DNA of 28,039 bases from a virus. Taxonomy: Duplodnaviria; Caudoviricetes. The notes beneath the pieces are model-generated. The model ran no database searches and was not told the DNA's origin. It saw nothing but the letters and a program-made list of their open reading frames with translations. The position numbers and the translations under genes are program-made. The DNA is taken from IMG/VR virus record IMGVR_UViG_3300005611_000158, positions 1-28,039 of that record, one strand, 5' to 3'. This document shows, piece after piece, positions 7,126-17,460 of this stretch (the first letter of the stretch is position 1; every line of letters begins with the position of its first letter).

Positions 7126-9317
7126 TAGATTGCCTGTTCTGGACCCATAAAGTCCGTCATGTTACCGGGTTGGGGGGGCGGAGGCATTGACCCCGGACCA
7201 CTAGAGCCTACAGCGGGTGAAATACTTCCAGAGTTACCAGGCTCATACGCACCACCAGGTTGAGGGCCACCAGGAGGAAGTAGACCCATCATCCTCATAA
7301 CGCGACGCGCCTTGTGCTGCGCAACGTGATTCATGACTTCATCCTGAATGTACGTTGGCAACATCTTGTACGACGAACTCTTTTGCATAAGTTCGTGAAT
7401 CTCAATATGCACATCATCATTATCCCACTCATTAATTGGGATAACACTGGGGCGTGGTGGAATCTGACCGTCAGGACCAGGCTGAACTTCACCCATGGAC
7501 ACACGCATCTGATGCATCTGGTCCGCCACCATAATCTGGTCCTCAGTGAGACGCTTAAAGTCAATATTCTCGGTCTGTGCTGCACGCTTATCAATACCGC
7601 GGCGAGTGGTCCACTGTTGCAGCATGGGCATGTCAAGCAACTCGAACCCTTCCTGCGGTGTCATGTAACCGAACTTCATGAAGTCCATAACGTTCGCCAT
7701 ACGGGCGCTCTTCGATTGCGGCAACGCACTACCCGCTTCGATACGCAAATCTGTTCCGCGAGAAATATCCGAACCCTTAAGCAGCATGGCTTCATAACCA
7801 CCATCATCACCGGTGGCTTTCACAAGACGCGGAACATCCCAATAGTCGGCGCACAACGCCAACGATTGACGCGCCGTGTCCTCCACAGCCGCCTCCAACG
7901 ACGTAATCGTGGGCTGCAGGTAAGAATCGTCGCGTTCCTGCAAATATGCGATAGCGGTTGCTGCCGACACGCCGCCAGGGGCTTGACCCCGACTAACCTC
8001 GTGCTGACCGGAAATGTCCTCAAAGTTCATTTGTTGACGCTCATTGAACTGGACAACATACGAAGGAAGCTCTGACAAAGCAACGGGTTGCGGGCGTTGC
8101 GCGTTGGGGCGCACAGGAATCCACAAACCAGGTTCAGTTGTTACCTTCTGGGGGACAACCGAACCCTCGTCGAACAACATTTGCGGTTTACTGGTACGGT
8201 TTTTTGCCTCAATGATTTGAGACTGGGTACGGTTGTACTCAACCTGCAAGGGAATCAAGTCGGTGATTACAGAATCCGCGTAAAAACGACCGGTAGGGAT
8301 GTGGTCAATTTTCGCGAACGGGAACTGTCCGTGAGAATACGGCAACCCTGAAAGACCCGCTTGAATAATTTGGTCGTTAACAATAGTAACGAAACCACCT
8401 TGAGGTAATATTTTGGTTGTGCCCGGTTTAATCCACGCCTCAATGAGTGTGGCGCTTTCAGGGCGTGCTTCCTTGTTGGCGGAAATCCCCAACTTTGATG
8501 GCGACATAATATCGTCTGTGTCGCCGTCTTCACTGACACGGAAGCCTTCAGGGAGAGCATCTTTATAAGTAAGCTCAATCCATTCAATTGGTTTGTTGTA
8601 CACGTTAAAAACGTACGGTTGGTCGTAAATGCACTCTTCCGTAAGGTCTGGTACCAGAATATTGAACGGGCTTAACGCAGCCCAACACACCTCACCATAA
8701 ATTTCACTCACGGAATCATATTTGTAATCATCCCAATAAGTTTTGATGTACGCGGTGCCAGCGATGGACAACCAGAAAGCTGCGTCCGCGATTGTGCGGT
8801 GAAAGTTTCGACGGTAGTACAGGGACTCCCACACTTGCTCGCCAGCCCTCGCAGCAAACACATCATCATCATCGTTAGACGACGGAACAACACTAGCGGT
8901 GGGTTTACCGGCGGTAAGTTTAGAAATCTCGGTACGCACAATGGGACGAATTTTGTTTACTGTGATTCGGGGAGTGTACTTGTCAAGTTTGGGCAACGGG
9001 ACAAGACGGTCCTCATTACGGTTCCATTCGACGTACTGTTTGCCCATGTAGAAAGAAAGATTCGTGTACCATTGGCGCTCGTAAACGCGCCTTGCCGAGC
9101 GCATAGTGTTGTACTGGCGTTTCACCCACGCAACAAGTTTGCGACCGTCAGGGCTTTGCGCAAAAGCACGAACCTTTTCAGCTTCAAGCATGTTGGGGTT
9201 CATGTCCGCTTCGAGGGGCTGTTCGCTTTCTTCAACCGTCTCTACTTCAACTAACCGCATTTCGTTGTCGGCTAGTTCTTTATCAATTTGTTTAGCTGAT
9301 GACGGCTGTGATGGCAT
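7125..9317 (-). CDS. Portal protein (P22-like size class)
   Basis: 730 aa; TVNKIRP, EDISGQHEVSRG..PGGVSAATAIAYLQE patterns, Pro/Gly-rich tail; lies between TerL and scaffold. Confidence 0.85.
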   Translation of the reverse strand: MPSQPSSAKQIDKELADNEMRLVEVETVEESEQPLEADMNPNMLEAEKVRAFAQSPDGRKLVAWVKRQYNTMRSARRVYERQWYTNLSFYMGKQYVEWNRNEDRLVPLPKLDKYTPRITVNKIRPIVRTEISKLTAGKPTASVVPSSNDDDDVFAARAGEQVWESLYYRRNFHRTIADAAFWLSIAGTAYIKTYWDDYKYDSVSEIYGEVCWAALSPFNILVPDLTEECIYDQPYVFNVYNKPIEWIELTYKDALPEGFRVSEDGDTDDIMSPSKLGISANKEARPESATLIEAWIKPGTTKILPQGGFVTIVNDQIIQAGLSGLPYSHGQFPFAKIDHIPTGRFYADSVITDLIPLQVEYNRTQSQIIEAKNRTSKPQMLFDEGSVVPQKVTTEPGLWIPVRPNAQRPQPVALSELPSYVVQFNERQQMNFEDISGQHEVSRGQAPGGVSAATAIAYLQERDDSYLQPTITSLEAAVEDTARQSLALCADYWDVPRLVKATGDDGGYEAMLLKGSDISRGTDLRIEAGSALPQSKSARMANVMDFMKFGYMTPQEGFELLDMPMLQQWTTRRGIDKRAAQTENIDFKRLTEDQIMVADQMHQMRVSMGEVQPGPDGQIPPRPSVIPINEWDNDDVHIEIHELMQKSSSYKMLPTYIQDEVMNHVAQHKARRVMRMMGLLPPGGPQPGGAYEPGNSGSISPAVGSSGPGSMPPPPQPGNMTDFMGPEQAI

Positions 9318-9657
9318 CCAAGTCTTCCTTGTCTATAGCGATATCGTCGGCTAATTCTCCAGCGAGTCGCGCTTCCTCTGCGGCATACGTGTCTCCACTA
9401 TAATATCGCGCATTTCGTTCGTAGTCAGCCATTTGTGCTGTACGGGCTTTACTGAACTCAAGCTCACTGTAGGTTAGGGCATCCTTACTTGCCAGCAACC
9501 GAACTGTTTCTTCTAACTGGTTGCTTAACTGTTCTGTTAACAGTTGCGTTCTTTTGGGTTCAGTTTTCACTATCCACAGTGTCAGAGCCAGCGTTGCCAG
9601 AGCTAGTAACGCCAGCAAGCTCATTGATAGCGTTGTCAGAAAGATGTTTGATTCCAT
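9292..9657 (-). CDS. Hypothetical membrane-anchored protein
   Basis: AAGGAG SD; N-terminal hydrophobic helix LLALLALATLALTLWIV. Confidence 0.7.
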   Translation of the reverse strand: MESNIFLTTLSMSLLALLALATLALTLWIVKTEPKRTQLLTEQLSNQLEETVRLLASKDALTYSELEFSKARTAQMADYERNARYYSGDTYAAEEARLAGELADDIAIDKEDLDAITAVIS

Positions 9658-9970
9658 TGATAACTCCTTCGATTGTTTCCGGGACGTGTGAAAGCGCGTT
9701 TTGTAGTTCCTGTATGCGCTTTTTTGCTGTTTTAAGTTCAGCGTGGATTTCTTCTAACTGTTCTTCAGCTTCTTCTTTGCTGATGTATTCGAACTGTCGA
9801 GCAAGCCACGCCATACCTCGAGCGCTTACGTACACTTGTCCGTAGTCGGGGATGGAGAATCCGAGGTCTAAAGCTTTATCTTGACCCTTGGCGTTGCCGA
9901 TTCCGGTAAGAATGCAGCTTTGGGGGAAAATCGTCATCATGTCGACGAAACGTGTTTTACTACTAGGCAT
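9560..9970 (-). CDS. Hypothetical coiled-coil protein
   Basis: AAGGAG SD; TATCAT hexamer at 9996-10001; coiled coil in C-terminal half. Confidence 0.75.
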   Translation of the reverse strand: MPSSKTRFVDMMTIFPQSCILTGIGNAKGQDKALDLGFSIPDYGQVYVSARGMAWLARQFEYISKEEAEEQLEEIHAELKTAKKRIQELQNALSHVPETIEGVINGIKHLSDNAINELAGVTSSGNAGSDTVDSEN

Positions 9971-10011
9971 ATTTCTCCTTGATTAGATGAGAACAATGAT
10001 ACACCAAAAGG

Positions 10012-11604
10012 TTACTCTATGCCGGTGAAGTCGTAACTTGTCCCACTCGAACTTGGTGACCAAGAATTCAGGTTCAACGCTCGAGAGTTTCTCCGCTCCA
10101 ACGCTGTCCGCCACTGATGGCTCACATCCAGCAACGCTGCCGCATACTCAACCTTGTCGTCGCTTTCGCCAGCATAATCCTGCGGGGTCAAATCCGGCAT
10201 AAAAGTCATCAGATAACGCAACGCATCAGTAGTGTGGTCGTCTTTTTCACGCGCACCCTCTGGCTGGTTTTTCATGGCAGCAACCTTTTTGTTAACAAAA
10301 CGGTTCTGTTTCGCGCCCTTCAACTCCCGGATAGTATTATGGCATTCCTGCAATATTGTGAGAAAAGGTTTACCCGTCTTGGGGTTCATTTTTAGGTACT
10401 GCATTATCTTGTTGATTCCGACTTCTTTTTGCCGGGGTATCCCGTCCACGTTGATGTAGATTTCGTGTTTCGCATACTCGCTGATAATGCTTTCGCCCGT
10501 GATTCCGCTTCGCTGTTTCATCGCCGGGTCCCCGGTCACCATGTACGGTACGCAATCTAACTCCGCATTAATTTCTTTAATGGCTTGGGCATGGTCAGCA
10601 ACTGTCGCATTAGCTTGGTAGTACTCCCTTATTACTGTAAGGCCGCCTTTAATGTCTGCCGCAACCCACAACCAGGCGGTAGGGTTGTTGATTCCATGGT
10701 CCCCCGTCAAATAAATACGCATATGTTGAGGGTCGAAACCGAACTCAGCGAAAGTTTGATTCGCATGCGTTATTTCTTTAAAGTCTTTGTACAACGCACC
10801 AGAGATAGCCAGATACTCTCCACCAAAACGAACCGCTTTGTTTTCTTGGTCCATCATCCCAAAAATACGTTCAATGGCTTCTTTGGGAAGATACGGGTTT
10901 TCCGATGTGGACATTTGCACCAAACCGATAGCCGGTTTTTCTTTCTTCTCCAACGCCTCAAAATATGGTTGGTACAGGTCGTCATAAATCCATTCCATAC
11001 CCGCAACAGGTGTTTCACTAATCCACCAACAACCGTTAGTGTCCAACAAACGCATCTGACACTCATCAAAAATTACTTTCGGGCACTCCTCATCGAAATG
11101 AACAAAATGCCGAGAAGTTCCAGCGAACTTATCTAAATCCTGGTCCTGGGACATAAACTCCACAAAAGAACCATCCTTTAACGTCAACGTGTGCTGCTGC
11201 GCCGAATAACTTCTCTCCCAGGAACCATCAATCAGAAAATCTTTCGGCATATATTGTTTGTAAAGTGGGAGAATAATTTTGTCCACACCGTTCAAAAAGT
11301 CCACACATACGACACGCCCACGCACCTGCCCCTCAAAGTTTGGGCGGTAAGGGTGAGACTTGGTCAGATACCAGACCCCCTCAACCACGGATGCAACACT
11401 TTTACCTGAACGGTTACCGGCCACGAACAAACGGTTCAAATTTTGCAACCGGTGAAACTCTTCCTGTTTCTCGTGTGGTTTGTATGCGTAAACGTTCGGT
11501 TGGCGGGCCTGAACCCGCAACTGCTCCTCAATATCCTGGACCAGCCCAGCGAAATCCACGGCCTCGTTTTTGGCGGTAGATGCTCTAGAAGCTCTGTAAC
11601 CCAT
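10012..11604 (-). CDS. terL: Terminase large subunit
   Basis: PHEKQ adenine-binding motif, Walker A GNRSGKS, Walker B VHFDEE, ENPYL, nuclease GDHG and DDHTTDALRY. Confidence 0.95.
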   Translation of the reverse strand: MGYRASRASTAKNEAVDFAGLVQDIEEQLRVQARQPNVYAYKPHEKQEEFHRLQNLNRLFVAGNRSGKSVASVVEGVWYLTKSHPYRPNFEGQVRGRVVCVDFLNGVDKIILPLYKQYMPKDFLIDGSWERSYSAQQHTLTLKDGSFVEFMSQDQDLDKFAGTSRHFVHFDEECPKVIFDECQMRLLDTNGCWWISETPVAGMEWIYDDLYQPYFEALEKKEKPAIGLVQMSTSENPYLPKEAIERIFGMMDQENKAVRFGGEYLAISGALYKDFKEITHANQTFAEFGFDPQHMRIYLTGDHGINNPTAWLWVAADIKGGLTVIREYYQANATVADHAQAIKEINAELDCVPYMVTGDPAMKQRSGITGESIISEYAKHEIYINVDGIPRQKEVGINKIMQYLKMNPKTGKPFLTILQECHNTIRELKGAKQNRFVNKKVAAMKNQPEGAREKDDHTTDALRYLMTFMPDLTPQDYAGESDDKVEYAAALLDVSHQWRTALERRNSRALNLNSWSPSSSGTSYDFTGIE

Positions 11605-12166
11605 TTTCCAACTGATTCTTTACGCTGACCAAAGGAGTGACGCGATGCATTTCTTCAGGGGGGATAACATCAACAGCGGCACCACCTAACCGTGCCCCCA
11701 TTGTAGCAAGCACCATGGCGTCAGCAATGTTGTGGTCCGACACATTAATTTTGGTTTGCAACTGAACGCTTTCCATCACCGCCTCTTTTTTTGCGTTACC
11801 GTTACCGGTCGCATATTTCGCTCTCGACCGTGGCGGAATAATATAAACGCCCTTCAACTCCACACCCTCATCTTTCAACCACGTGTAAATTGCGTGCTTC
11901 ACCATCCACCAACCACCAGCAAGCTCATGCGACTTCCCGCCCTTGCTGCCAAAACTTGGACCCTCCATCGCAATAATGTCACCATTTTTCAATGCAGATA
12001 GTGTCCGCCAAATCTCCGTTTGAATATAATTCATACGAGGGTGCCCACGGTCTTTTGTGGTAATAATATGCATGTCATGCCACAACGGCGGCCTGTCGCC
12101 CGATTTTGATACAATGGCGATACCGGTTGCTGTAAGTGACGGGTCTATTCCTAAGATTTTTACCAT
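11585..12166 (-). CDS. ruvC: RuvC-like Holliday junction resolvase
   Basis: ILGIDPSLTATG, AMEG, KYATGNGNAKK, HNIADA catalytic pattern; likely leaderless (TAGGGT 6 nt before ATG). Confidence 0.9.
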   Translation of the reverse strand: MVKILGIDPSLTATGIAIVSKSGDRPPLWHDMHIITTKDRGHPRMNYIQTEIWRTLSALKNGDIIAMEGPSFGSKGGKSHELAGGWWMVKHAIYTWLKDEGVELKGVYIIPPRSRAKYATGNGNAKKEAVMESVQLQTKINVSDHNIADAMVLATMGARLGGAAVDVIPPEEMHRVTPLVSVKNQLENGLQSF

Positions 12167-12190
12167 AACGCAACCCTACACGAGGATACA

Positions 12191-12850
12191 GTGGCAATAG
12201 ACGAAAATAGTGAAACGCGTGCCGCGCAACTGAAACAAATTGACGATTTTCGTCGCGGTACAGCGGAAAGCACACCAGAGCCACCTCCCGCTGGTAGGTA
12301 CTTGGACTGGTTTCATGCTCAAGCATCATACCGTCGCCCCACAGATTTGCATCACCAACTGGGGACGAACTCGTGGGATGCGGCACCAGGCGACCACACC
12401 CACACTATTGAAGAAATTTTAGATATTGAAAAGTCTGTGCACATCACCCCGGAAGGTGGCACAACAGGAACCCAACCCACTTTCACCGGTGACGCTGGGG
12501 ACGTGTTTTCTGGAAGCTACACCAGGATAGGTAATTTAGTGCACTTCGCCTACATGGTTGATTTTGACAACATCACCAGTTTCGGTACCGGTCAATACAC
12601 ATTGGAGTTACCGTACGCTGCAGAACACCCTTACGTTTTCCGTGACGGTTGCCTCCACGACGCCTCAACAGGGGACCAATACCATATCACCGGTCACGTG
12701 GCTGAAGGCGAAACAACCATGTACCTGTTCTGGTCTGACAAAGTGGCTAGCGCCGTCCAAGATGTTGAGTTCGAAGAAGGCACACCCCTCAACTTGGCGA
12801 CCGCAGACAACTTTCACATAGCAGGAACTTACGAAAGGGACCCGGCTTAA
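12191..12850 (+). CDS. Tail-fibre-like / minor virion protein (only plus-strand gene)
   Basis: Fills the gap exactly; GAGG before GTG; LGTNSWDAAPGDHTH and GSYTRIGNLVHF...GTGQY.L.LP patterns resemble fibre shaft and knob segments. Confidence 0.6.
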   Translation: MAIDENSETRAAQLKQIDDFRRGTAESTPEPPPAGRYLDWFHAQASYRRPTDLHHQLGTNSWDAAPGDHTHTIEEILDIEKSVHITPEGGTTGTQPTFTGDAGDVFSGSYTRIGNLVHFAYMVDFDNITSFGTGQYTLELPYAAEHPYVFRDGCLHDASTGDQYHITGHVAEGETTMYLFWSDKVASAVQDVEFEEGTPLNLATADNFHIAGTYERDPA

Positions 12851-13587
12851 ACGTCGGCCCCATGTTTCCTAGCCTCGTCCCGTCTTACCCCATCTTCAGC
12901 ATAAATGTCTTTATCTGGTGCCCTAGTGACGGGGTCGTGTTCTTTGTACTCCCCGTCCGGTAAAAACGGTACCGAAGCGTCAACACTGCCGTCTTCGTTT
13001 GTGGGCCGAGGACCGTAAGCGTCATCGTTTTTAGCGTGCCACTGATTATGACACCAATCACATATTCTGTGCAGGTTGATGCCTAACTCGTTATTTAACG
13101 TGTTTTTGTCCGGACCGTGATGCCTGTCGGACGCTGGACGGCCAGGGCAACCCAAAATGGGTACCACACCACCACCAGCCTGGGCCAGCCACGCCCACTC
13201 ACACACCATGCCAGGTTTTATAGGCGCAACCTTTGCCGCCATCTTGCGGCCAGAAGAAAGCGGGTCAGCATACTCATCAGGCGATTTAACCCCCATATAA
13301 TCGTTTATATAAGTTTCAATCTCTTCAACCACTGGGGTCCCCACATAGTTCGACCCGGCGGAGCCTTTAGCTTCTTTCCGTAACTGTTCGTACAGGTCAA
13401 AATTGCCTCCGCAGCAACACGACACCCATTCGAAATTGTTACCCTCTTCGTTGACGCGAACCCAGAACTCGTCACACTCGTCATGGAACCCGCGGCGGCA
13501 ACCCTGACACACCGCATCAAGGCTCACTTCAACATCGTTAAGTTCCCCCCCAAGGAAGAACATGTCATCATCGTCAAGCATTATCAT
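12847..13587 (-). CDS. Zn-binding HNH endonuclease-like protein
   Basis: RHHGPDKNTLNN...NLHRICDWCHNQWH; extra CxxC-x4-H-x2-C and CCC; ATGA overlap with primase gene. Confidence 0.75.
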   Translation of the reverse strand: MIMLDDDDMFFLGGELNDVEVSLDAVCQGCRRGFHDECDEFWVRVNEEGNNFEWVSCCCGGNFDLYEQLRKEAKGSAGSNYVGTPVVEEIETYINDYMGVKSPDEYADPLSSGRKMAAKVAPIKPGMVCEWAWLAQAGGGVVPILGCPGRPASDRHHGPDKNTLNNELGINLHRICDWCHNQWHAKNDDAYGPRPTNEDGSVDASVPFLPDGEYKEHDPVTRAPDKDIYAEDGVRRDEARKHGADV

Positions 13588-16091
13588 TCCTCATACAATC
13601 CAACACCGGTGTACCTCACACCGCGTCTGCCTTTTTCCTTTACCAATGGGAGCCGGTGAGTCAACTCCCGCAACAACTGTGTCCTAGATATTGGGGTCTC
13701 GGACTCTTGCTGACACCACATCTTGTAGTTATTGTATATTTCTTGAGCCGAATAAGACATATGCGCGTTAACAAACGTTCTGTCCGTCACATACTGCGCA
13801 ATGTTGTCCTCCTCCAACTGGTACTCCTGTGTTGCCATACGCACACTTTCTGGCTCATTTAACGAACCAGACTCATACACGCGTTGCGCACCCTGCAACA
13901 TCCACTGCAAAATACCGGGACCTTCCTCATCAATCAACATTTGTGCCAAATGTTTGTTTTGTTTCTCCGGTGGGATAGTGACATCAAAATTGATTTTCCG
14001 GACACGACGCCAAAAACCGTCACCACCAGCAGACACCTTCGGCAAATGGTTCATAGCCAAAATTAGAGTATGGCTAGGTTTGAAATCAAAAAAGTTTTTA
14101 CCAATCAGTCGTGCGCTAATCGTGTCACCACCAGTCAACATTTTCACACGCGACTCATTGAACTTTCCATCCGGGCGGGTCTCAGAACCAATCGCTAAAC
14201 GCACACCCCGCAAACGGGCAATCTCAGTCGAATGCTCCTGGAAACCCTTATCCAACAAAAAGTTTTCCGGCATTTGCGTCACATAATCACCCAAAAGGCC
14301 AGACGCAACCTCCAAAATTGTGGACTTACCATTCGCGCCAGTACCCACCAACAACGGCAGCACATGATGCAAAGTCTCACCAATTAAAGCTAAACCAAAT
14401 AACTCTTGAATATAGTGAATACGCTCCTCGTCAACAATGACGTCCCGTAAAAATTCTTCCCACTTCGGCACAGGAATTTCTCGCGGAGACACTTGTGTTT
14501 GTTTAGTGTGCCTATCCTTATACGGGTCACCCTCCCTCAACTCGCCCTTACCCAAGTTAATGACTCCATCCGGTGTACATAGTTCGAGCGGGACACTATC
14601 CAAAAAACGAGCCTGACACACTAAGTCCCGAGTAGTCTCAGCAATCTCAATCGCAGACTTAAGTGCGCCATTCTGCAACGAACGCTTAACCCACTTAATC
14701 GTCGTCTCAGAAGGATTAGTCTCAGCAAACCGATAAGCAGAATCAATCGCCTCCTGCAAAATCTGTTTAGTCTCATCCAAAACCCACCGATGATTTTCCC
14801 ATTTATGCCAACCAATGTTGGGCACAAACAAAAAACGCCCACTGATATTCGCGGCTAGACGAGACGCATTAGCCGAATCAGTGAACGCAAAAGACTGCTC
14901 CTGTATAGCAATCTGGGCAACAATTGTTTGAGTTTGCGCAAGCGCGCCCAGCGACGCATCACCTGGTAGTGAAGTGCTTACGCCGCTGGGCGATTCTTTT
15001 GGGAGGTTCGGCACAGAATCCAAGACTCCCAACCGATGAGTGTGATAATCAACTGCTTGCGCCAACCTAACCTCATCCATACTCGCGACGAGCACACGGG
15101 CCCAGGTGAGCGTCGACGCGACCTCATTATGAGTAGTTGGTCGAGGATTATCACCAACTGATAACAACGCCTCAAACTTATCGCGCAAAAGTAAAACAAG
15201 TTGTTCATAAGTAGCCTCCGTCACACAACCATACCGAGCCGCCGCCTCAATTTTTGTAGCCTTACCTACCATCCAGGGGTGACGCGCTGGCGGGTCACCC
15301 TGAGAAATCTCATCAACAACAGCCAAAGCCCACGCACAATCATGCTGAGCAGGCTCCCACGTATCCGGATTTGACACCACAACAAACTCATCAACCGGAG
15401 TCTCCTCATGTATAAAACCATACGAAACCAAAACCTCCTCAATCTGGTCAACCGTCAACGGAGACGAACCATCCAAAAAACTAATCCGAGTAGCAACAGG
15501 ACTGTCCTTAACCTTGTGATTAAAAGTCCCAGGCGCACGCAAAACCCTGGGCAAATCATACACAGGGTCAACATAACCACCCTCAATACTTGCCACACGC
15601 TGCACCAACTGACCCCAACGTTTAATCAAAGACTTCATATAACCACGATTATTGTCAGTCACATTACCGTCATCCAACACCCAATACGGTTGCAAACCAT
15701 AACCCGAAAACACCACAAAGGTAGGTGACGCATTCAGCATCCCCGACAACAAATCAATAACCTGAGACGCAGCTATCTCATCCCGCAAACCCGAATCCTT
15801 GAAATCCAAATCCGCCCACAGAGCACGCACACGCGTAATCTGAGAAACATCACCACGCCCAACAGCAGGACCAGCAGACACCTCATTAACCATCACATAC
15901 ACATTGCTTGAATCGTCCTCAAGCATCTGCGCAAAAGAATCCGCATACTTAAGCTTCGTGTGGCGTGTATTCCATACACCGGACTCATTGAAATACGAAA
16001 CAGAAACATGCTCATCCAGTTGACAGTTCATCGCCACAAACATGTCACGGATAGGAGTCGAAGTATCCGACCAATCATAAACAGGTAACAT
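13584..16091 (-). CDS. Primase-helicase (RepB-type primase + D5/P4-family SF3 helicase)
   Basis: ALWADLD, FSGYGLQPYW, DLPRVLRAPGTFNHK; TDSANA D5_N; Walker A GTGANGKST; KMLTGGD.I.AR; GFWRR; AGGAGG SD. Confidence 0.92.
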   Translation of the reverse strand: MLPVYDWSDTSTPIRDMFVAMNCQLDEHVSVSYFNESGVWNTRHTKLKYADSFAQMLEDDSSNVYVMVNEVSAGPAVGRGDVSQITRVRALWADLDFKDSGLRDEIAASQVIDLLSGMLNASPTFVVFSGYGLQPYWVLDDGNVTDNNRGYMKSLIKRWGQLVQRVASIEGGYVDPVYDLPRVLRAPGTFNHKVKDSPVATRISFLDGSSPLTVDQIEEVLVSYGFIHEETPVDEFVVVSNPDTWEPAQHDCAWALAVVDEISQGDPPARHPWMVGKATKIEAAARYGCVTEATYEQLVLLLRDKFEALLSVGDNPRPTTHNEVASTLTWARVLVASMDEVRLAQAVDYHTHRLGVLDSVPNLPKESPSGVSTSLPGDASLGALAQTQTIVAQIAIQEQSFAFTDSANASRLAANISGRFLFVPNIGWHKWENHRWVLDETKQILQEAIDSAYRFAETNPSETTIKWVKRSLQNGALKSAIEIAETTRDLVCQARFLDSVPLELCTPDGVINLGKGELREGDPYKDRHTKQTQVSPREIPVPKWEEFLRDVIVDEERIHYIQELFGLALIGETLHHVLPLLVGTGANGKSTILEVASGLLGDYVTQMPENFLLDKGFQEHSTEIARLRGVRLAIGSETRPDGKFNESRVKMLTGGDTISARLIGKNFFDFKPSHTLILAMNHLPKVSAGGDGFWRRVRKINFDVTIPPEKQNKHLAQMLIDEEGPGILQWMLQGAQRVYESGSLNEPESVRMATQEYQLEEDNIAQYVTDRTFVNAHMSYSAQEIYNNYKMWCQQESETPISRTQLLRELTHRLPLVKEKGRRGVRYTGVGLYEE

Positions 16092-16108
16092 AAACCCTCC
16101 TAGGTAGT

Positions 16109-16132
16109 GGCGGGGGGCTTACGCCCCCCACC
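16109..16132 (-). promoter_or_regulatory. GNRA-capped hairpin upstream of the primase SD (attenuator or stabiliser)
   Basis: GGTGGGGGGC-GTAA-GCCCCCCGCC, no U-tract. Confidence 0.6.
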
Positions 16133-16139
16133 TGTTCGA

Positions 16140-16748
16140 TTAAAAACCGAACATATCCTCTAACTCATCCATTGACAAGTTAGTAGCTGCAGCAATCACG
16201 TCAAGCGGAGTCTGCGGATTGTTCTTACGGAGTGCAAACGCCATACGGTGCGCATCCGAATCAAACTCCCCGCTACTTGCTTTTTTTGCCGAGCCAACCT
16301 CCGTAGGCAAAGACCTAGCCGGAGGAGCGACATACGAAGCGTCATACAGCTTGATGTCATTGTAACCGCGCTGCGACGCGGGCTGAGTGCCACTATGCGT
16401 TATCGTCAAAGTGCCACCCTCCTGCAAACCAACACGAGCCAAACCCATGTCAGCCAAACAGTTAGAGATTGCTCGCTGAATAGCCCACTTCGCGAAAACA
16501 CGACGCTGACCATCATCATCCTCAATCTCAGGGTCACGCTCCTCAGTCTGCAGAGTATAAATAATCTGCTGCTTAGGGTTACCAGACTTGTCAGTCTGAA
16601 TCTCCCCAGTAGGAGCGGTAATCGGAGCAACCTCAGCATCAATCAACGTGCCAGTGATGGAATCACCAACATTGTCAAAGCGAGCAATCGGTTGCTTCGG
16701 ACCACTTAACAGCATATTTGCATCATTGAATCCCATAAGATTCCTCAT
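16140..16748 (-). CDS. Putative phage ssDNA-binding protein
   Basis: RF..VGD.I.G...G.PKQQ....LQT..RD...EDDDG.R pattern I associate with actinophage ssDNA-binding proteins; acidic/aromatic C-terminus; located between exonuclease and primase. Confidence 0.55.
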   Translation of the reverse strand: MRNLMGFNDANMLLSGPKQPIARFDNVGDSITGTLIDAEVAPITAPTGEIQTDKSGNPKQQIIYTLQTEERDPEIEDDDGQRRVFAKWAIQRAISNCLADMGLARVGLQEGGTLTITHSGTQPASQRGYNDIKLYDASYVAPPARSLPTEVGSAKKASSGEFDSDAHRMAFALRKNNPQTPLDVIAAATNLSMDELEDMFGF

Positions 16749-16752
16749 TTCT

Positions 16753-17460
16753 TCATCTCAACAAAAGGTCACGGACGGGATTGTCCGCAGCCTCATAAGA
16801 GCTACACGACAAACATCCAGCCAAAGGCGGATGCTGACGCATCAACTCCTCCCAACCGATATCTTCGGCCGAGTCTATATAAGCCTCCAACTTAGCTAAA
16901 GCAGAAGCCGCAACCTGCACATCCCAATCAAACACATGCGGGACCGCATCACGCGAAAGGTTACCCTTATTAGCAGGCAAAAACATGATACCAACCTGGC
17001 TCACAGAATAACCAAGCTGATGCCAACCAAGACCATACAAATGACCCTGAACAACATACTGTTGTTTAACTTTCCCCTTACGAACCAAATCCAAAGTATC
17101 ATCGCCAACAACTTTCCAGTCAACGACAAAACCCGCACCCTCGTTAGGGAAAAACGCGTCACAACTACCAGCCAACTCCAACGACTTGTACTCATGAACC
17201 CAAAGGCGCTGCTCAAAAATTGCATCCTCAGGAGCAAACTTCTGAGACAAATCAGTTTCCAAACCAGCATGCACATACGTACCCAACTGCGCACGCCAAG
17301 ACCCAACCATCTGAGTCTTAGGCACCTCAGCCAACTTACGAATCACACAACGCTGACACGCCATACCAACCTCAGAAATACCAATCGACGTCTGAAGCCC
17401 GCGCTCAGTAATAGAACAACTCTCAATCGTCTCGAGAATTGATTCAGCAGTAACAATCAT
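16753..17460 (-). CDS. Cas4-like PD-(D/E)XK exonuclease
   Basis: SEVG..C.RC, GTYVH, GSCD...VVDWK, Q..LY, C-terminal CxxC. Confidence 0.85.
   Translation of the reverse strand: MIVTAESILETIESCSITERGLQTSIGISEVGMACQRCVIRKLAEVPKTQMVGSWRAQLGTYVHAGLETDLSQKFAPEDAIFEQRLWVHEYKSLELAGSCDAFFPNEGAGFVVDWKVVGDDTLDLVRKGKVKQQYVVQGHLYGLGWHQLGYSVSQVGIMFLPANKGNLSRDAVPHVFDWDVQVAASALAKLEAYIDSAEDIGWEELMRQHPPLAGCLSCSSYEAADNPVRDLLLR

Noticed and set aside
16753-17460. Cas4-like gene as evidence for CRISPR-Cas
   Set aside because: Solo phage exonuclease in the replication module; no cas1/cas2 or repeat-spacer array
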